Assembly: GCA_964247055.1 (NCBI GenBank)
Contig: OZ176054.1
Location: forward strand, 8,494,001 to 8,558,000
Source of the DNA: Paragordius varius
Lineage: Eukaryota > Animalia > Nematomorpha
Reading direction: 5' to 3'
DNA: 64,000 nt
The notes under the pieces are model-generated. The model saw only the letters and a list, made by a program, of their open reading frames with translations, ran no database searches and was not told the DNA's origin. This document shows, one piece after another, positions 50,468 through 64,000 of the stretch (position 1 is the stretch's first letter; every line of letters begins with the position of its first letter). Both the position numbers and the translations under genes were made by a program.

Positions 50468-52596
50468 CGATGCAAATTAGTATGACCCATGCTAATTTTG
50501 ATCAAAATAAGTTTGTTAATATTAAAAATTTTTAGGTTTTGCCAATTTTATTTTATCAAAATCAAAAATTGCAATATTATATTATCATCATTCCACTTTA
50601 TTTGACTATTGTTTGTTTAATACAATTTTCCCATTTATCCTTAAAGTCTTTTTTAGTCTTCAAGGTCCGTCCTTTTTTGTCTTAAACTTTAATGTTTGGA
50701 TGTTGGTTTTTATATATTAAACAGACCTTTTCTATTTGATCCATCTATTATTGTATAATGATTATTCCTAAACTTTTCCATATCACTTTATGTCTCTGTA
50801 GAGTCTGAAATTTAATTTTTTTTCTTTGGTAAATATTTTGTGCTGCTTCCTGAATCATAGTTTTGATATTATTCCATTGCGTTTCTAATTTTTGCTCGTC
50901 TTCGCTTTCAAATTTATGAAATAGATAGGGAAATTTTTTTAATTCTGGTTATTAGGAGACTGTATAAAAGTAACTGAAGAACGGAGTGCTATTGAGGACA
51001 AATATATAAGCATTTCAGACTTTAGAGACAAAAAGAATGATCTGGAAAAATACTGGAACGAGCAACACACAATAATCGAGGAATCTAATATAAAAGGCCC
51101 AAGTGCACCTTTGTTTCAAACTATACCAACTAAAATAAAAAGGAAGGATCTTAACGACTGAAAAAGAAATTAAGGATTTTACAATAATATTGGTGACAAA
51201 ATAATATCAGAAACCCTAAAAAATAGCATAATTTATGTAAGAATTAATCGAACCTGGGGTAATACATACTAAAACAAAAGCAAATATCCCTCAAAACAAA
51301 AGATTAAATTTAGAAAATGGGTATAGGACCAGTTTTGACATATGCCACAGTAACTATGGCATTAACACAAACACAAGAGAAACGTTTCATTAGCGCTGAA
51401 AATTATATTATGTCTGATGTTAACGCAACTAAATCTCCAAGATCTACGCAATCACATACAAATAGAGCCAAACAAAGTCATACAATTTTTAAATCTTGAT
51501 AATCCCATCAGAACCTCTTTCGACATCATCCCGCCTGGAAACAATAAGCCCGGTCTCGTTCAACTTGTGTTAAAACGATTGATTTGGATTTCCTATAATT
51601 CAAACTGCTAAAAACATATTGTATTGACACAAAGAGCTGGATAGTTCTTACGATGGTGTACTATCAAAGCTTATTGTTAACAACAAAAACTATGTAGTGC
51701 GCACCCAGATGCAGATAATAGAGTTCTCTACTAATTTTACTTTTATAATTGACCTAGAAATATAATAAAATTCTGAAATTCTAAATTTTTGGGTTAATTA
51801 CAATATTAAAATATAATTAATTCAAAAATTTAAATAAACTTAAAAACAGATTGGTAATTGATTAACTAGCTCTTAAAATAAATAAAAAACAAAGATTAAT
51901 AAAATGATATGCAAATGATTATTATAGCAAGCCTGCATAAATGGTGTTGAATCTTCAAACGGGCCATACGTTAAAGATCTGTATCTTTGAGTCCCTTTCA
52001 TTCCGGGAACTTTATCAGCAATGAATCCAAGTTGGCTCAAAGACTTATCCTTTGCTTCAGTATAACTTTCAATTTTGGTCGTTATGGGGAATTTGACAGT
52101 TGTCGTTTGCGATTTTACAGGATACGAAGTGTCCAAATACATATTATCAGTGTAAAGCAAAAATTGTTTTTCTCCCTGTTTAAGTTCTTTGGGATAGGGT
52201 TCTGTGACCCACGAAACTGTTTTTGATACAAGAGTTAATGGAAATTTTTGATTTTGTAAGTCCAATTCATACATAACAAGAGATTTATCATTCATTAATC
52301 TAAAAATTAATTTAGTGGTACTTTTCATTTTTGTTGAAATTTACTTTGGTTAGTTGATCTCCATTTTTAACCTAAAATATATCATATACTACCTTTAAAT
52401 CAATATAGGCAATTTTATTATGATGATGCAGAGGCAAGGCAAACATATATTTTCCGCATTGTCCGGAACAACTTATGTCTAATGTTGTTTTAATTCTCGT
52501 AAGGCTATCAGAAAGATCTATGCTTCTTTCAACTTTATTAACAGCAAATTCTGAAAATATTTGACCAAAGAGTATTGGGATTAAAAAAATTAACAT
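46728..52596 (-). CDS. RPN1: Ribophorin I, oligosaccharyltransferase subunit; ~11 exons
   Basis: Signal-like [11 protein letters not shown] is followed by [89 protein letters not shown] and [19 protein letters not shown] is at 46728-46730. Confidence 0.95.
49535..49633. repeat. 21-bp minisatellite, ~4.7 copies (TTCAAATTCACCCTYGAACAA)
   Basis: Read directly; contiguous units with no spacers, in an RPN1 intron. Confidence 0.95.
50425..50462. repeat. (AT)n microsatellite
   Basis: Uninterrupted AT dinucleotide run. Confidence 0.95.
50620..51640. mobile_element. Degenerate RTE-like LINE fragments in opposite orientations within an RPN1 intron
   Basis: Minus strand (~50620-50920): [16 protein letters not shown] and a [22 protein letters not shown] relic. 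Plus strand (~51317-51500): [21 protein letters not shown], resembling RTE IRPVLTYG.ETW.LT...EK. Confidence 0.55.
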
Positions 52597-55500
52597 GTTA
52601 AAAACGTGTTGAAAGCCACTTGAAGCAGAGAAAAACTGATGTTCAAATTTCAATTCTTGAATATTTATATTAATTTTTTTACTAATTTTCTTAAATATAA
52701 AAATATAGTAATATGTTAAATATTTGCTTACATAATACAGTAATCACAATATGAAATATACATATTTTGATAGAAAAATATATTTGAATTATTATAGTGC
52801 TTTGATTTTGGCATTTACGAGAGATTTGAGAGCGTTATTGACACTTTTGTGGTAATGGTTCCACAGAGAATGGCTTGCATTATGTTGAAAGATGATGCAA
52901 GCTAACAGGTTTATTCCAAAAGACATCACTAATAATATATTATAAACTACATATATAAATCAATATTAACAAATTTTTATGTAAACTCCAAAAGTCCGAA
53001 ATTATTTTTTCACTTAAAAGGGCTAGTTCTCTAATAAACACAAAATGACTGAGAGTTTGTGATAAAAAAGCTAAATATATGGTAAATTTTAATATAAAAA
53101 ATTTTTCTTTCAGATTTTGCCTTAAAATATATATTATAGCAAAGATTTTTTGAATCGTGCTTCATACTATTTTGAGGCAAAATGGAAAGCTCTTTATGAA
53201 TTAGAAGAAGACTGTTTAGTTATAATTAAATGATGCTAAACACTTCTATCACCTGATAATTTTAAGTTAAATATTTTTTTAGGTTCTCCTAGATATAAAT
53301 TCTTTTTTACGAAAATTTACCTAAATTTAAAAGCAAACGAGTCAATAATTTAAAATTCTGAGGTGGTAGAAATGTTCTGCATAGTGTCTTTTTTAATAAT
53401 TTAAAGTCTCTTTTACCATTTCCATTTACCTCAAAATAGAATGAGACCTCAATAAAATTTTTCCTAATATATTAAGCAAAATATCTATTTTTTGGAAAAA
53501 AAACTTTTTTTGAATTTTTTACCTTGCACCTTCGGCATTTTTGCTTTTATTTTAGCAGAACTACTTATTTTAGAAAAAAAGGAAAAATTGGGACTTTTGG
53601 AACCCGCAAATATTAAAGCTTTTCGAAATTATATTTCTGATTTTTCAATGTAGTTGATAATATATTTTAGTGATATTTTTTATAATGGAGCATACAAAAT
53701 TTATTTCACAAAATGCACGCGTTTTCCTATTTTTAGATTTTGAGCAGCTACCAAAGTGTAAATATATTTCTCGTATCCCTCGTCCTGATCGATCGAACTA
53801 TATTTATATATATTTCGTCAGAATATATTATTGTAGACACTGTATTGGGCGTTGGAAAAAAATAAAACGAACGGACGTATAAAAAATTATATGTTATATA
53901 TGTTTTTACACACTATTATCTCTTGGGGTAATTTTTATCCAATTTGATTTCAATTGGGAAATCTTAAAAAGTATCTAGATGGTATGCCTTGTTTAGTTTA
54001 GACGCATTAAAGGTAATTTGAAAATCTAAAATTGTAAAAAGTCATAATTCAAATTTTACCTCATATTTTCTTGGATTTATTTAACTTATTACCTTTTAAA
54101 TATACAAATACATTTGCCAGAAAAAACTATGTAAAAATATTACTGTTTTGAAAGTTGTTTGGTGGGTATTAATTTCCATACATTGTTTTCATATAAAAAA
54201 AAATTCACTAACATTTAGAATTCAAAATTTAGATATCTCCAAAACCCCTTTGAAGCAAACAGCTGATTATAAAATAAATATTTATCAAAAATTTGGTGTT
54301 AAAATGTATTAAAGCTTTCTAGATTTAATTATTTACACATATTACCATAATATTTGCCGGTTGTAGTATTCGAAAACTAAAAAAATGGCAGCCAAAATGT
54401 TTAAGATAATTGTTTCTAAATACTTTATATGTGATTTTAATCCTTAGGCAAGAAAATACGCTTATAGGTAATATGCTCAATAAATATTAGCAAAAAACAG
54501 CTTCGGAATCATACCATTTTAACCTAATTTTATATCTGTGTTAATACATCCCAAAAGCTTATATTATTGCTTTTTTACAGATATTTATTATTATTTATTG
54601 TAAAATATTTTATAAATTAGAGACATATAATACTACTGCTACAATATCGTAGAATTAAATTGGGTGTCTTAAGAATAGATAGCATAAGTGTTTTCAGACG
54701 CTTTAATAGAGGAATGAAAGCCTTTTAATTACCTTTCAAACAGGCGTTAAAAGGAAAAATTTAAAATTGTTTTTTATATAAAATAAACGGTGCCCAATGG
54801 TCATTATTATGTTTCTAAAAACCCTTCCTATTTAAATAAATGTCCATAAAAATGATGGTATTCATTGTTAAATGGTTAATTTTGACCAAAAAAGCACAAA
54901 TCCCACATTTATTATAAATAGTGTGTTTAAAACTGTAGAATTAATACAAATCATGGCTGATGCTGTAGCAGTAACCTGTATGTGACCAAATATGGATTTA
55001 CATTCTATGTTTCCATGTATTAACTGTCACTATACAATTTTTTTTCTAACGTTGATCATCCATTTATAAATTATTAATAAATAGTCATTTTATTTTTATA
55101 TAATATTAGGATGGCACGAGATGAGAATGATATAATATGTTTCATTAATAGAGACAATATTAAATCTATGGGCCCAACATTGCTTTTAGAAATTTCTAGT
55201 TAAAACGCCAAAAATTAATACAAATAATGCAACCACTTCACTCCTTATATTATCTAACAAATTGTGCAAATGTATGTCGCGATTATTATTGATATAATAT
55301 GGCACTTAATTTTATTGTGATATAAGATATATAAAAGTACCTCAATGGTTTTTTCAACAAATGATATATGTACATATATATATATATAAATATATCATGA
55401 AATACTTGACTCTTATTTGCACATTATTGAAATATAATGATTTCAGCCTTAAAAAAATTCAAACATGACTTTTTTATCTTTTTATTGTTTTCCATATCCT

Positions 55501-55888
55501 GAATATTTACTATATTTGTTGCCTTAAGGAGCGTAGATAAACTCCCGAAAGGTCAGAAAAATTAGTTTTTCATATTATAGTAACATAAACCATGTCTTGT
55601 GGTGGGTAAAGGTTTGGTAGTAATCACTACTTTAGAGCATTATATTTTTTAATATTGCCAGGAAAGATGATAAACAGAGGTGTGAAAGGCATGGTTGAAA
55701 TTTGTTTTGAGTTTGGTACATTGGGTTATTTTAAAAAATATGCGTTTACCCGGTATTAACCAGCGCGAAGTTAAGAATTTTAGGTTATTGTTTAAAATTA
55801 TTAAATTTAGATTGTCGCATCAAAAATATTTTAACATAATAATAATTTCCAATATCATTAATATATTAACTCTATGTAATAGTCTAAA

Positions 55889-56089
55889 CAGGGATGTTCA
55901 ACACTAATGGCTTCGCTGGCCGTTTTGGCTCAAAAAAATCCGGCTGCAGCGCATTTGAAATATATATAGGCATCTAAAAAGCAAATACAATATTACATTT
56001 TTTTATAGTTCTTGCCAATAGGATAAACTTATTTAGGAATTTAATAAAAATTTTGTGATTTTTTTGCGGGCGGCATGTTGGACTCTCTG
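55889..56089. mobile_element. Small hAT-like MITE
   Basis: Ends read CAGGGATGTTCAAC / GTTGGACTCTCTG, with GCGGGCGGCATG near the right end. No TSD match. Confidence 0.4.
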
Positions 56090-59000
56090 TAAAAAACAAG
56101 ATTTAGTAAAATATTTATTATTGAATAATTAATTTTATTGTTTGTATTGAATTTTATGGGAAAAAACGTCCCCAAAAATTTACTCTCACAAAATGGGAAA
56201 AATAATTATGTGGTTAAATATCGATTAATTTTTTCTATGCAATTATAATAATATATATGTATAGGTGTTGACAATATTATAAGGATGCTTACTTTGGCTA
56301 AAAATTAATAGGTTTAAATTAATTTTAGGGCACAATAAGCCATTACACATCATATATAATATTTTTTAGAAAGCATTATATTTATAAAAGGGCAGATACT
56401 TCCCTAGACACTGTCATAATCTTCTATTAAACAAATTGAGCATTTGTTGCTTTTCTAACAATTTTAAAATACCAGTGTGCTCTTCAATTAAATTTTAACA
56501 TTCCCAAAATTTATTACGTGTAAAATTTATTCTGAAAGAGGTAAATTTTTATGTTATCCATTTATTTGTGCGTAAATTATTGTTAAATATCAGAAATCAT
56601 AACCGAAATTATTACCTTTTAAAAATCCTTTTCAGATCAAAAAATAAAAAACTGTTCTATTCAAAACTGAAATCGCGGTTTTTAATAGTCTTCCAACCTT
56701 CTTCCTTTCCGTGTTAAATAAAAATAAAATATAGTCAACATCATTATTTAAAGGAAAGTTTTATTTAATCATTTTTCAATTTGATTTTCATAATTTCGGT
56801 GTTAAAATAAGTTATTTAAATTTTTTGAAAAAGGATAAAACTAAAATCCAAATTATTTTGGGGCCAATCAACCACTTTTTTGCAAAAATATTATTTTAAT
56901 CATTACCATTTAGCTCGAAGCCGTTTTTTGAAAGAAATATATGTGAAACCTGAATTATAAACATAAAAATAAATGACTAGAATTATGTAAAAATTACCGC
57001 TTTATAGTATTCACCCCATTGCTAGCCAGGAGTTATTTATGTTAAACAGTATTTGACATTATTGCACCTAAAACAACTATCAAGATTTTTTTGTTTAATT
57101 GTTTACATAAATTTTAACATTTAAATCATTGGATAACTGTATGTGTGACTTATATATTGATTTTGGCGGTTAATTTATGTTTTTAACGATATATCCTATC
57201 CCTGTTAGGGTATGCCCACTGTGATCATATTGGTAAAATTTTTAACTTTACTAATTGGAAAAGCATCCAAAACCAAGCGTTTCTAATAGCAATCTATATT
57301 AAAAAATAAGCATCATTAATCTATACCAGTCTCCATCAAAAGCCTGTAAAACAATCATATATGTATATAAGAATACAAAATTAACTTTTCCAAATTCTTA
57401 ATTAAATTTTATTTATTATAACTTTAAATCTAATCCGTTTTATACATATACACATAAATATAATCCAATGTTGGTACCAAATATTGAGGTGTCAAAAATA
57501 CAATTTTTTTTAAATGTATAATATAATGCCATTAGTTTGTTTTACGAGAAAACCCTAAGGTGTTTGTTTTGAAACTAATATTTTTATTTGTAAATAATTT
57601 AAATCGAAAATATTATGGCTACTATGCAATCGAAAATATTGATGTGAATCTCGATTTGGGAATTTATCTGAATTATCAATATTTGGGTTAAGATTAATCT
57701 CTTATTAAGAGAACTTTTATTGGGTCTGTTTTAATAAAGGTAAAGTATGTTTTTTGAATTAAGTTTATCAAAGCTGTAACAGTACAGTCAAGGTTCTTTA
57801 CTCAACCGGAAACCAATGCTGGTAAATCATTTAATTAAACATTTTTCTCATTAATTAAATTAATATCATAATACATTTTAAATTTATTTATCTTTTTTAG
57901 TATTGTAAAATGAATATATATAAACATATATAATGAATTTAAATTGAAACAAAACATACAATTTCCAGCCAATAATTTTTCATCTAAATTAGTAGATATA
58001 TTTTCATAATATTTTTTGTTACATTTCCAAAACCAAAGTTATACTTAAATTTTATCCGTAGAAGAAAAATAATTATTTAACAAACAAAACAGATATGTTT
58101 AATAGCAATTGAAGTATTCGGAACTATTGAATCGGATGAAATACCCTATTAAAATTTTTTAATTATCATAATTCCTACTGTTAACATTCTTAATATAAGT
58201 TTTTACTTCCAACAGACGAATAACTTTTAATATATTATTCTCTGAATTAAGATTTATGTTTCTTTAAGAAATTTTGGTACTTTAAACAGCTAACATAGCG
58301 CCCTTCTCGACATATGTCCCGCGTAAAGATTTTAACAATACCAAATAAAATTAAAATTCTATAATTTTGAAAAATATGTTATTCACATAATTGGTAATAA
58401 ACGCTAAAATTTATATCATTTTTCTTCTAAATTATTTTTAAAATATCATGCCTTGTTTTATTCAAAAAAAAGTATATCTGCTACCTCAATTTCTCAAACA
58501 CCATTGATAGTTCGGTAAAGAGTTAAATTCACATTTCTAGGCCATTAAATATTAATTAATTTTTCGATTTAATTTTTATTAAGATATGGCCCGCTGTATT
58601 TTGGGCCAAAAATAGAGCCGATCATAGCATTTGTAATGAACACCACCTGCCTAACCAATTTATACTATAATATTTTAAAAAATCCAAATGCCAATACTAA
58701 AAAATGTAAATTCGATGAACAGAACAACTGTTAAAACGCGTCTTTAATGAGAACAAAATTTCTCTGAATACAGTAACCAGAGTTGTACATTCTGGGAAAA
58801 TAATATGTTCAATAAATATCTCAAATTATATTGATTCCAATTTGATATAGATATACCTATTGATTAATGATTATTTTTACTGTGAGCGTTAGAACACATT
58901 TTCAAAATAAGATTAGTGTAATGAATTTACCATGTTTTCATTCCAAAAACGAGAATTTAAAATTTTATGGCAAGCATATTGTTAATCCCCTTTTAAGTAA

Positions 59001-60753
59001 AAATTGATAAAATATGAATAAAAAAATTATTTAAACATAATGTATAATCAAAAACTAAACTAAACATAACTAATCCATACTTCAAGTTATTTTCCATTTT
59101 CTCCTTGATTAGAGGTGTCTATTCATATGCAAGATATATTTCATATTTTCAGCTAATTTTATAATTTTCATAAGTTATATTTTTTTATTATGATTATAAT
59201 AGGAGATAAATTAAAAGGCGAATCGCTAAATTGAATTCGACGGGTAAAAAATATTTTTTGAATGTCATTTTTTTAAACGAACATTTATTGTTTCTATGTT
59301 GGGTTTAGATTTGTAATTAACACGTACGGAACTGGTTAAAAGGGGGAAACTACAGCCAAATTTAGCATAACAATGTTGGTTTTTGAAAGTTTAATGTTTT
59401 TCTGAAATCCGTTCAAGTCACCGGCTTTCTAATATTATTTTCTTTTTTTAGAGTGAGGTTAATTATTGCCATAAAAAAGTTATAGTGAATCTAGTTAAGG
59501 ATGGCAAAACTTTGTTTGGGGTATTATCGTTTATAAGTCCCAAACATATTTAGCGATATAAAATAAATGCGTTTTATGTTTCAAACGCAAGGCACACATA
59601 GAAATATCCTGATAAAATAATTTATAAAATATATATCAAGACTCTCATTTTTGATATTATTACGAATATGGCTCGTAAAGATTCATCTCATAAGGTATGA
59701 ATACACATTCATTCCACAGCTGGATATTTTCCTTCTAAATATAATTTATTATAATCACAAAAGGAAACTTTAACTAATGTGCGCTATATGCGAATTTTCG
59801 ATATCGATAAATAATAAAGTGTAACCATTTTTAAATGTCTAAGCTCCAAAATTAAATTATCAAAATATATATTTTATTGAGATATTATAACAACCGATTT
59901 GATGCACTTATTTGTAAGAATAAATATATAATATAGATTATAAAAAATAAATTTTATCAAGGTATATTTTTGATGGCACAATTATGTGAATCATGTATTA
60001 AAAAAGCATTCAAAGACTTCGTAAATATCAATATGTATCCTGAATCGATAATAAAATACATATATTTTTGGATGTTTTCTAGAAATAAGATGTTTAAAAG
60101 TATATCTATTTAATCATTCAAACCTAAATCCTTAGCGCTTATTATATATTTATTAAATAACCTAACAATAGGTGCATATAAGGTTACAAGCGAAGGTCGA
60201 ATTTGACATAATATTAATTATATTTTTTTAGCATTCATCTTCCTTTGTACCACATCAAATGATTTTTTTGTTAAATACATTTTCAATCAAAATTTTTTTA
60301 GATAAATTAATAGCAATCATATATAACATTGATATAACTACTAAAGTAATTTTAGTAATGATGGGTTATGATGGATATATAATATTAATGGCAGCGGTAT
60401 CAACCAAAAAATTGAAAAAATAATTTGAATCTCTCTTTACAATATATACCTTTTATTACTTATTAGAATTGGTTGTCCAATTAATTTCTATAAATGTTCA
60501 AGCTTTGTTGTACAACTGAATAAAAAACTGATTAGGTCGTTTTATTAATTTTGATAATTTCTCGTAATAATTATGAGATCGAATCATAAAGTTTAATTTT
60601 TTTGTACTTTTTAGTAAGTTTAGATTTTTTTACCTGATTTCATTTATTCTTAGACTCATTGAGAGTTTTTAGAAATTATTGCATTATAATGTCGTTTAAA
60701 ACATAGTATACTTATATAAATATACCCATTTTGTCCGTTTGTCATATAATTTT

Positions 60754-61218
60754 CAGGGGTGTTCAGCACCGATATAACTTGTGCGGCCCACAATGTTGGA
60801 TATTTGCCAAATAAATTTGGTAAAAATATGCCACTTTTAATCCAACCAAGTGAAATTATTATTTCTTAAACAGTTTTTTTATGACTATTTTCAAATTTTG
60901 GCAAAAAATTAGTTAATATTAGTGAAACAAATATTTATATTTTGATCGTTCGTAATTTTTTACACTTTCATGAGAAATCTAAAAAATATTTATTAATGTC
61001 CATATATTTCACTGTGTGCAAAAAATTTTTAATTTTGATTTTCTTTCATTATTTCTAAATGTTCGTCAACAAATAAAAATGTTTGCGCCAAATCGATCCC
61101 TCTTTATAAGTTATTTTATAATTTTTTTTTAAAGACCATCTTTTGCACAGAGTGTTTTGCGACACGTCGAATTTTTCGTCGAAAATGCGGCCAGGCCATT
61201 TGTGTTGGGCAACTACGT
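60754..61218. mobile_element. Degenerate hAT-like MITE
   Basis: Left end is CAGGGGTGTTCAGC followed by TGCGGCCC. The right end has ATGCGGCCAGGCC..GTTGGGCAAC and is degenerate. Confidence 0.4.
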
Positions 61219-61678
61219 TAGAAGTTCTCAATCTGCTCCCCTAGAATTATATTTTTCAATTCTTCTATTTTTTTAGATTATATTTCCTATTTAAATATAT
61301 AACTCCACAATTATGGTTGTTGAAATTTTGCATGTAAAACATGTTAAAATCTTATATAATGACTTACTAACTAACATACAGTTCCTCTTGCTGGTACAAA
61401 TAGAAATTATATTGATTATTATTAACAATATATTTAGCCATATCCTTTATCCTAAGATTTGTCATTAATCATAGGTAAGAACGATATCTACCATACTTAT
61501 TTTCTGTGTCATGGTGAATATTTATAATATATAAAACATTTCTAAATTTCCCCGAACAAAACGTGATTTTGGAAAAATGATATTTAAAATATTTTATTTA
61601 ACATATTTAGAAAAAAAAACCATTATTTGATTACATTAAAAAAGTCTGGATTTAAGGAACGGATTATCCCCGAATTAA

Positions 61679-61682
<4 letters not shown>

Positions 61683-61716
<34 letters not shown>
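61683..61716. repeat. (AT)n microsatellite
   Basis: Uninterrupted AT dinucleotide run. Confidence 0.95.
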
Positions 61717-61723
<7 letters not shown>

Positions 61724-64000
61724 GTATATATTATTTATTGCGTTATGATATATAGTTATCCTTAATATGTTATTGGTTATTTCTACAACCAACATCATTC
61801 CACCCTGAAGTAAAAAAATGTTTTTAAATATCAAAAGTTTTTTGCTATTGTTTTAGTTTTTATGTAGTTTATGTGATAAAATTTATTTTACCTTTTTCAT
61901 TATGTATTATTCATATTTTAATTTGAGTAAGGCGATGATAGTATGAGTTTACAATGAATATATTGCCAGAATTTCATAGATATACTTTTAATAATTTTCT
62001 GTTAAACGATATTTGAGAAAATTTGAAAACAAACGTCCAACCAAAATTTGAAATTTTAGATTTTATTCTGTAGCATTTACCTTTCCCTCATTTTCAAAAA
62101 TAAAAGTAGTTTAGGATTTGTAATATATCATAATATGTTAATATAATTAATTATAATTATCAAAACGATATAAGGTGATTTTTATAATGATTTAAATTAC
62201 CATATCTTTGGTAAATAAGTTTTATAAAAACATCTTTATTTTTTTGGAGAATTAGTTAATATAGTTTTGTAAACAGGAAATAAAGATGTTCGGTTTATAC
62301 AGCATTAACCTTATTTAAACGGTATTTTAAAAACAACTAGGTAACTTTTAAAAACATATTTATCAACTTTAATTGTTCACATATTTCTATTCATATTAAT
62401 CAGGTGGCTATTAATATTAATAAATCCAATTTGATTCGATTGTATGTTTGATATTAAATAACTGGCTATGGTTACGAATGACTGCAATCATATGTGCTTA
62501 GATCGGCTTTAGTTTTTGTCATTTATATAAAAATATTAGGTTGAACAGGTCAAATTTCGCTTTCTAAACATAATTCAAAAACAAAAACCGATTCTCGGAT
62601 ATTAAAGGTTTATTCTGAAAATAATTACTTTTAATGTGCTCAAGACAATGGGATTAATGACGTTCTATTAAAAAATCAGATAATGTGTGGCAGTCTACAA
62701 ACAAATATAAAAATTTTGAACAAAGGTAAAAATCGATATATAATTTAATTTTAATTATTTTTTATGTTGGTTGAAAAACCGCTAGTTCTTATCCTCCTTT
62801 CCTTGTTCAAAAATAAATTAAAAAAATTAATGAAACAAAAACAATTTTTTTAACATGAATAACAATTATATAATTGAACGTTTTGACAACTGTTGCACTG
62901 CACAAAAATAGCGTGTAAACACTGATTTTCAATAAATTTAAATGTTAATTATTTATAATTAATTTATTTTGTTGAAAAATGAGCCTATGTTTTTTAAAAT
63001 TAATCATTGAAAAATAAAATAATATCTTTTACTGTATTATATCGGCTGGGGAATATTTAAAAAAATTTTTTTATCGAAATTATTTTCTGATCTATGTCGT
63101 TTGATAAATATTTAAACATATTCACAATTTGTACCTGTTAAATTACAAACTTAAGGATGAAATTAATTAGATTTATAGTGTTAACGGGTTGGTATTCGAT
63201 ACGGTTTAAATTAAACTGTAAGGGCTTAAGTTTTATGGAAAAAATGTATGATAATTATTTGGAATCTTAACAGTATTAATCTTGGACATTGTAAAAAACA
63301 GTGGGTTAAGCACTATCGAAATCAATAAATGCAGTCAAACTTAGAAAGATTATTTTTTTACATCCCAATAATTATCTTGGGTTTTTAATGAATTAAAAAA
63401 ACGGTTCTACCCTTAAATAATAATTAACTAGATACAATCGATAATTTAAATGCATATTTTTTTGAAATTATTACATTTAATCAAACATTTTTTCCAAATC
63501 AGATTGTATCTAATTTCTAATCGACTTGAAAATAACCCTAAATCTACCAATATATTTCACGAATAACAGACAAAAGGTATAAAGCGAATAATATTTTACA
63601 AGCTTAGGGAAAATATGCCACAACATTAAAATATCTTTTCATTAGATTTCGTAATATTAGGATCATAAATAATGGATTCAAATCAACATTAAATATGATA
63701 TAATGGCAAAAATTTAGCATAAATATTTGCAAACGTAGTTTTTACTTTTAACGGCCAAATAGCTGAAAATGAGGCTTTCGATTTTACGGTTTGATCGACG
63801 TGCCTACAGCTAAAACCACGCCGAACTGGACCGCTGCCTGCTGGGGCGTGTAATAACAATATTAAACATATTGATTTTAAAACTGATATGTTTGTACTTT
63901 TTGCCATCGATACAATAAGGAATTTATGGTTAGTTATATTTTATTGCAAACTGATTATTTTAAGCCTTATAAAATACAAAAACTGAATCTATATAGTATT

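Noticed and set aside
53137-53870. NONO/SFPQ-like (WKALYELE) or Piezo-like (LIDRT..TVLG) assignments
   Set aside because: Each is a single short motif without the flanking RRM or Piezo signatures.
1-64000. tRNA, rRNA, snRNA or SL RNA genes
   Set aside because: The GTTCGA hits (e.g. 7141, 11630, 17020) lack cloverleaf context, and no recognisable U1, U2, U6 or 5S sequence was seen by eye. A covariance-model search would be needed to exclude divergent copies.

Overview
Very AT-rich eukaryotic genomic DNA, most likely from an invertebrate animal; the species cannot be identified from the sequence. Nine protein-coding genes can be reconstructed by hand, several of them fragmented or missed by the ORF track: EIF3B (+, 5'-truncated), a LITAF-domain gene (-), a CABIT/Serrano-like gene (-), TMBIM4 (+), STRIP/FAM40 (-), UBA2 (+, single exon), ABTB1 (+), MRPL51 (+, single exon) and RPN1/ribophorin I (-). 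Two things stand out. (1) A complete, TSD-flanked ~635-bp non-autonomous Penelope-like insertion at 14223-14857 carries an intact type I hammerhead ribozyme, a 411-bp repeat period and a 115-bp inverted arm. (2) At least 16 ultra-short GT-AG introns of 21-30 nt are required to restore conserved reading frames. They make up all of TMBIM4's introns and cluster at the 5' ends of STRIP, ABTB1 and RPN1, while downstream introns are mostly long and TE-filled. Intergenic and intronic space holds non-autonomous Helitrons, hAT and piggyBac-like MITEs, and LINE and Penelope relics. No tRNA, rRNA or CRISPR array was found. All gene models and homology calls come from manual translation and recalled family motifs, not database searches.
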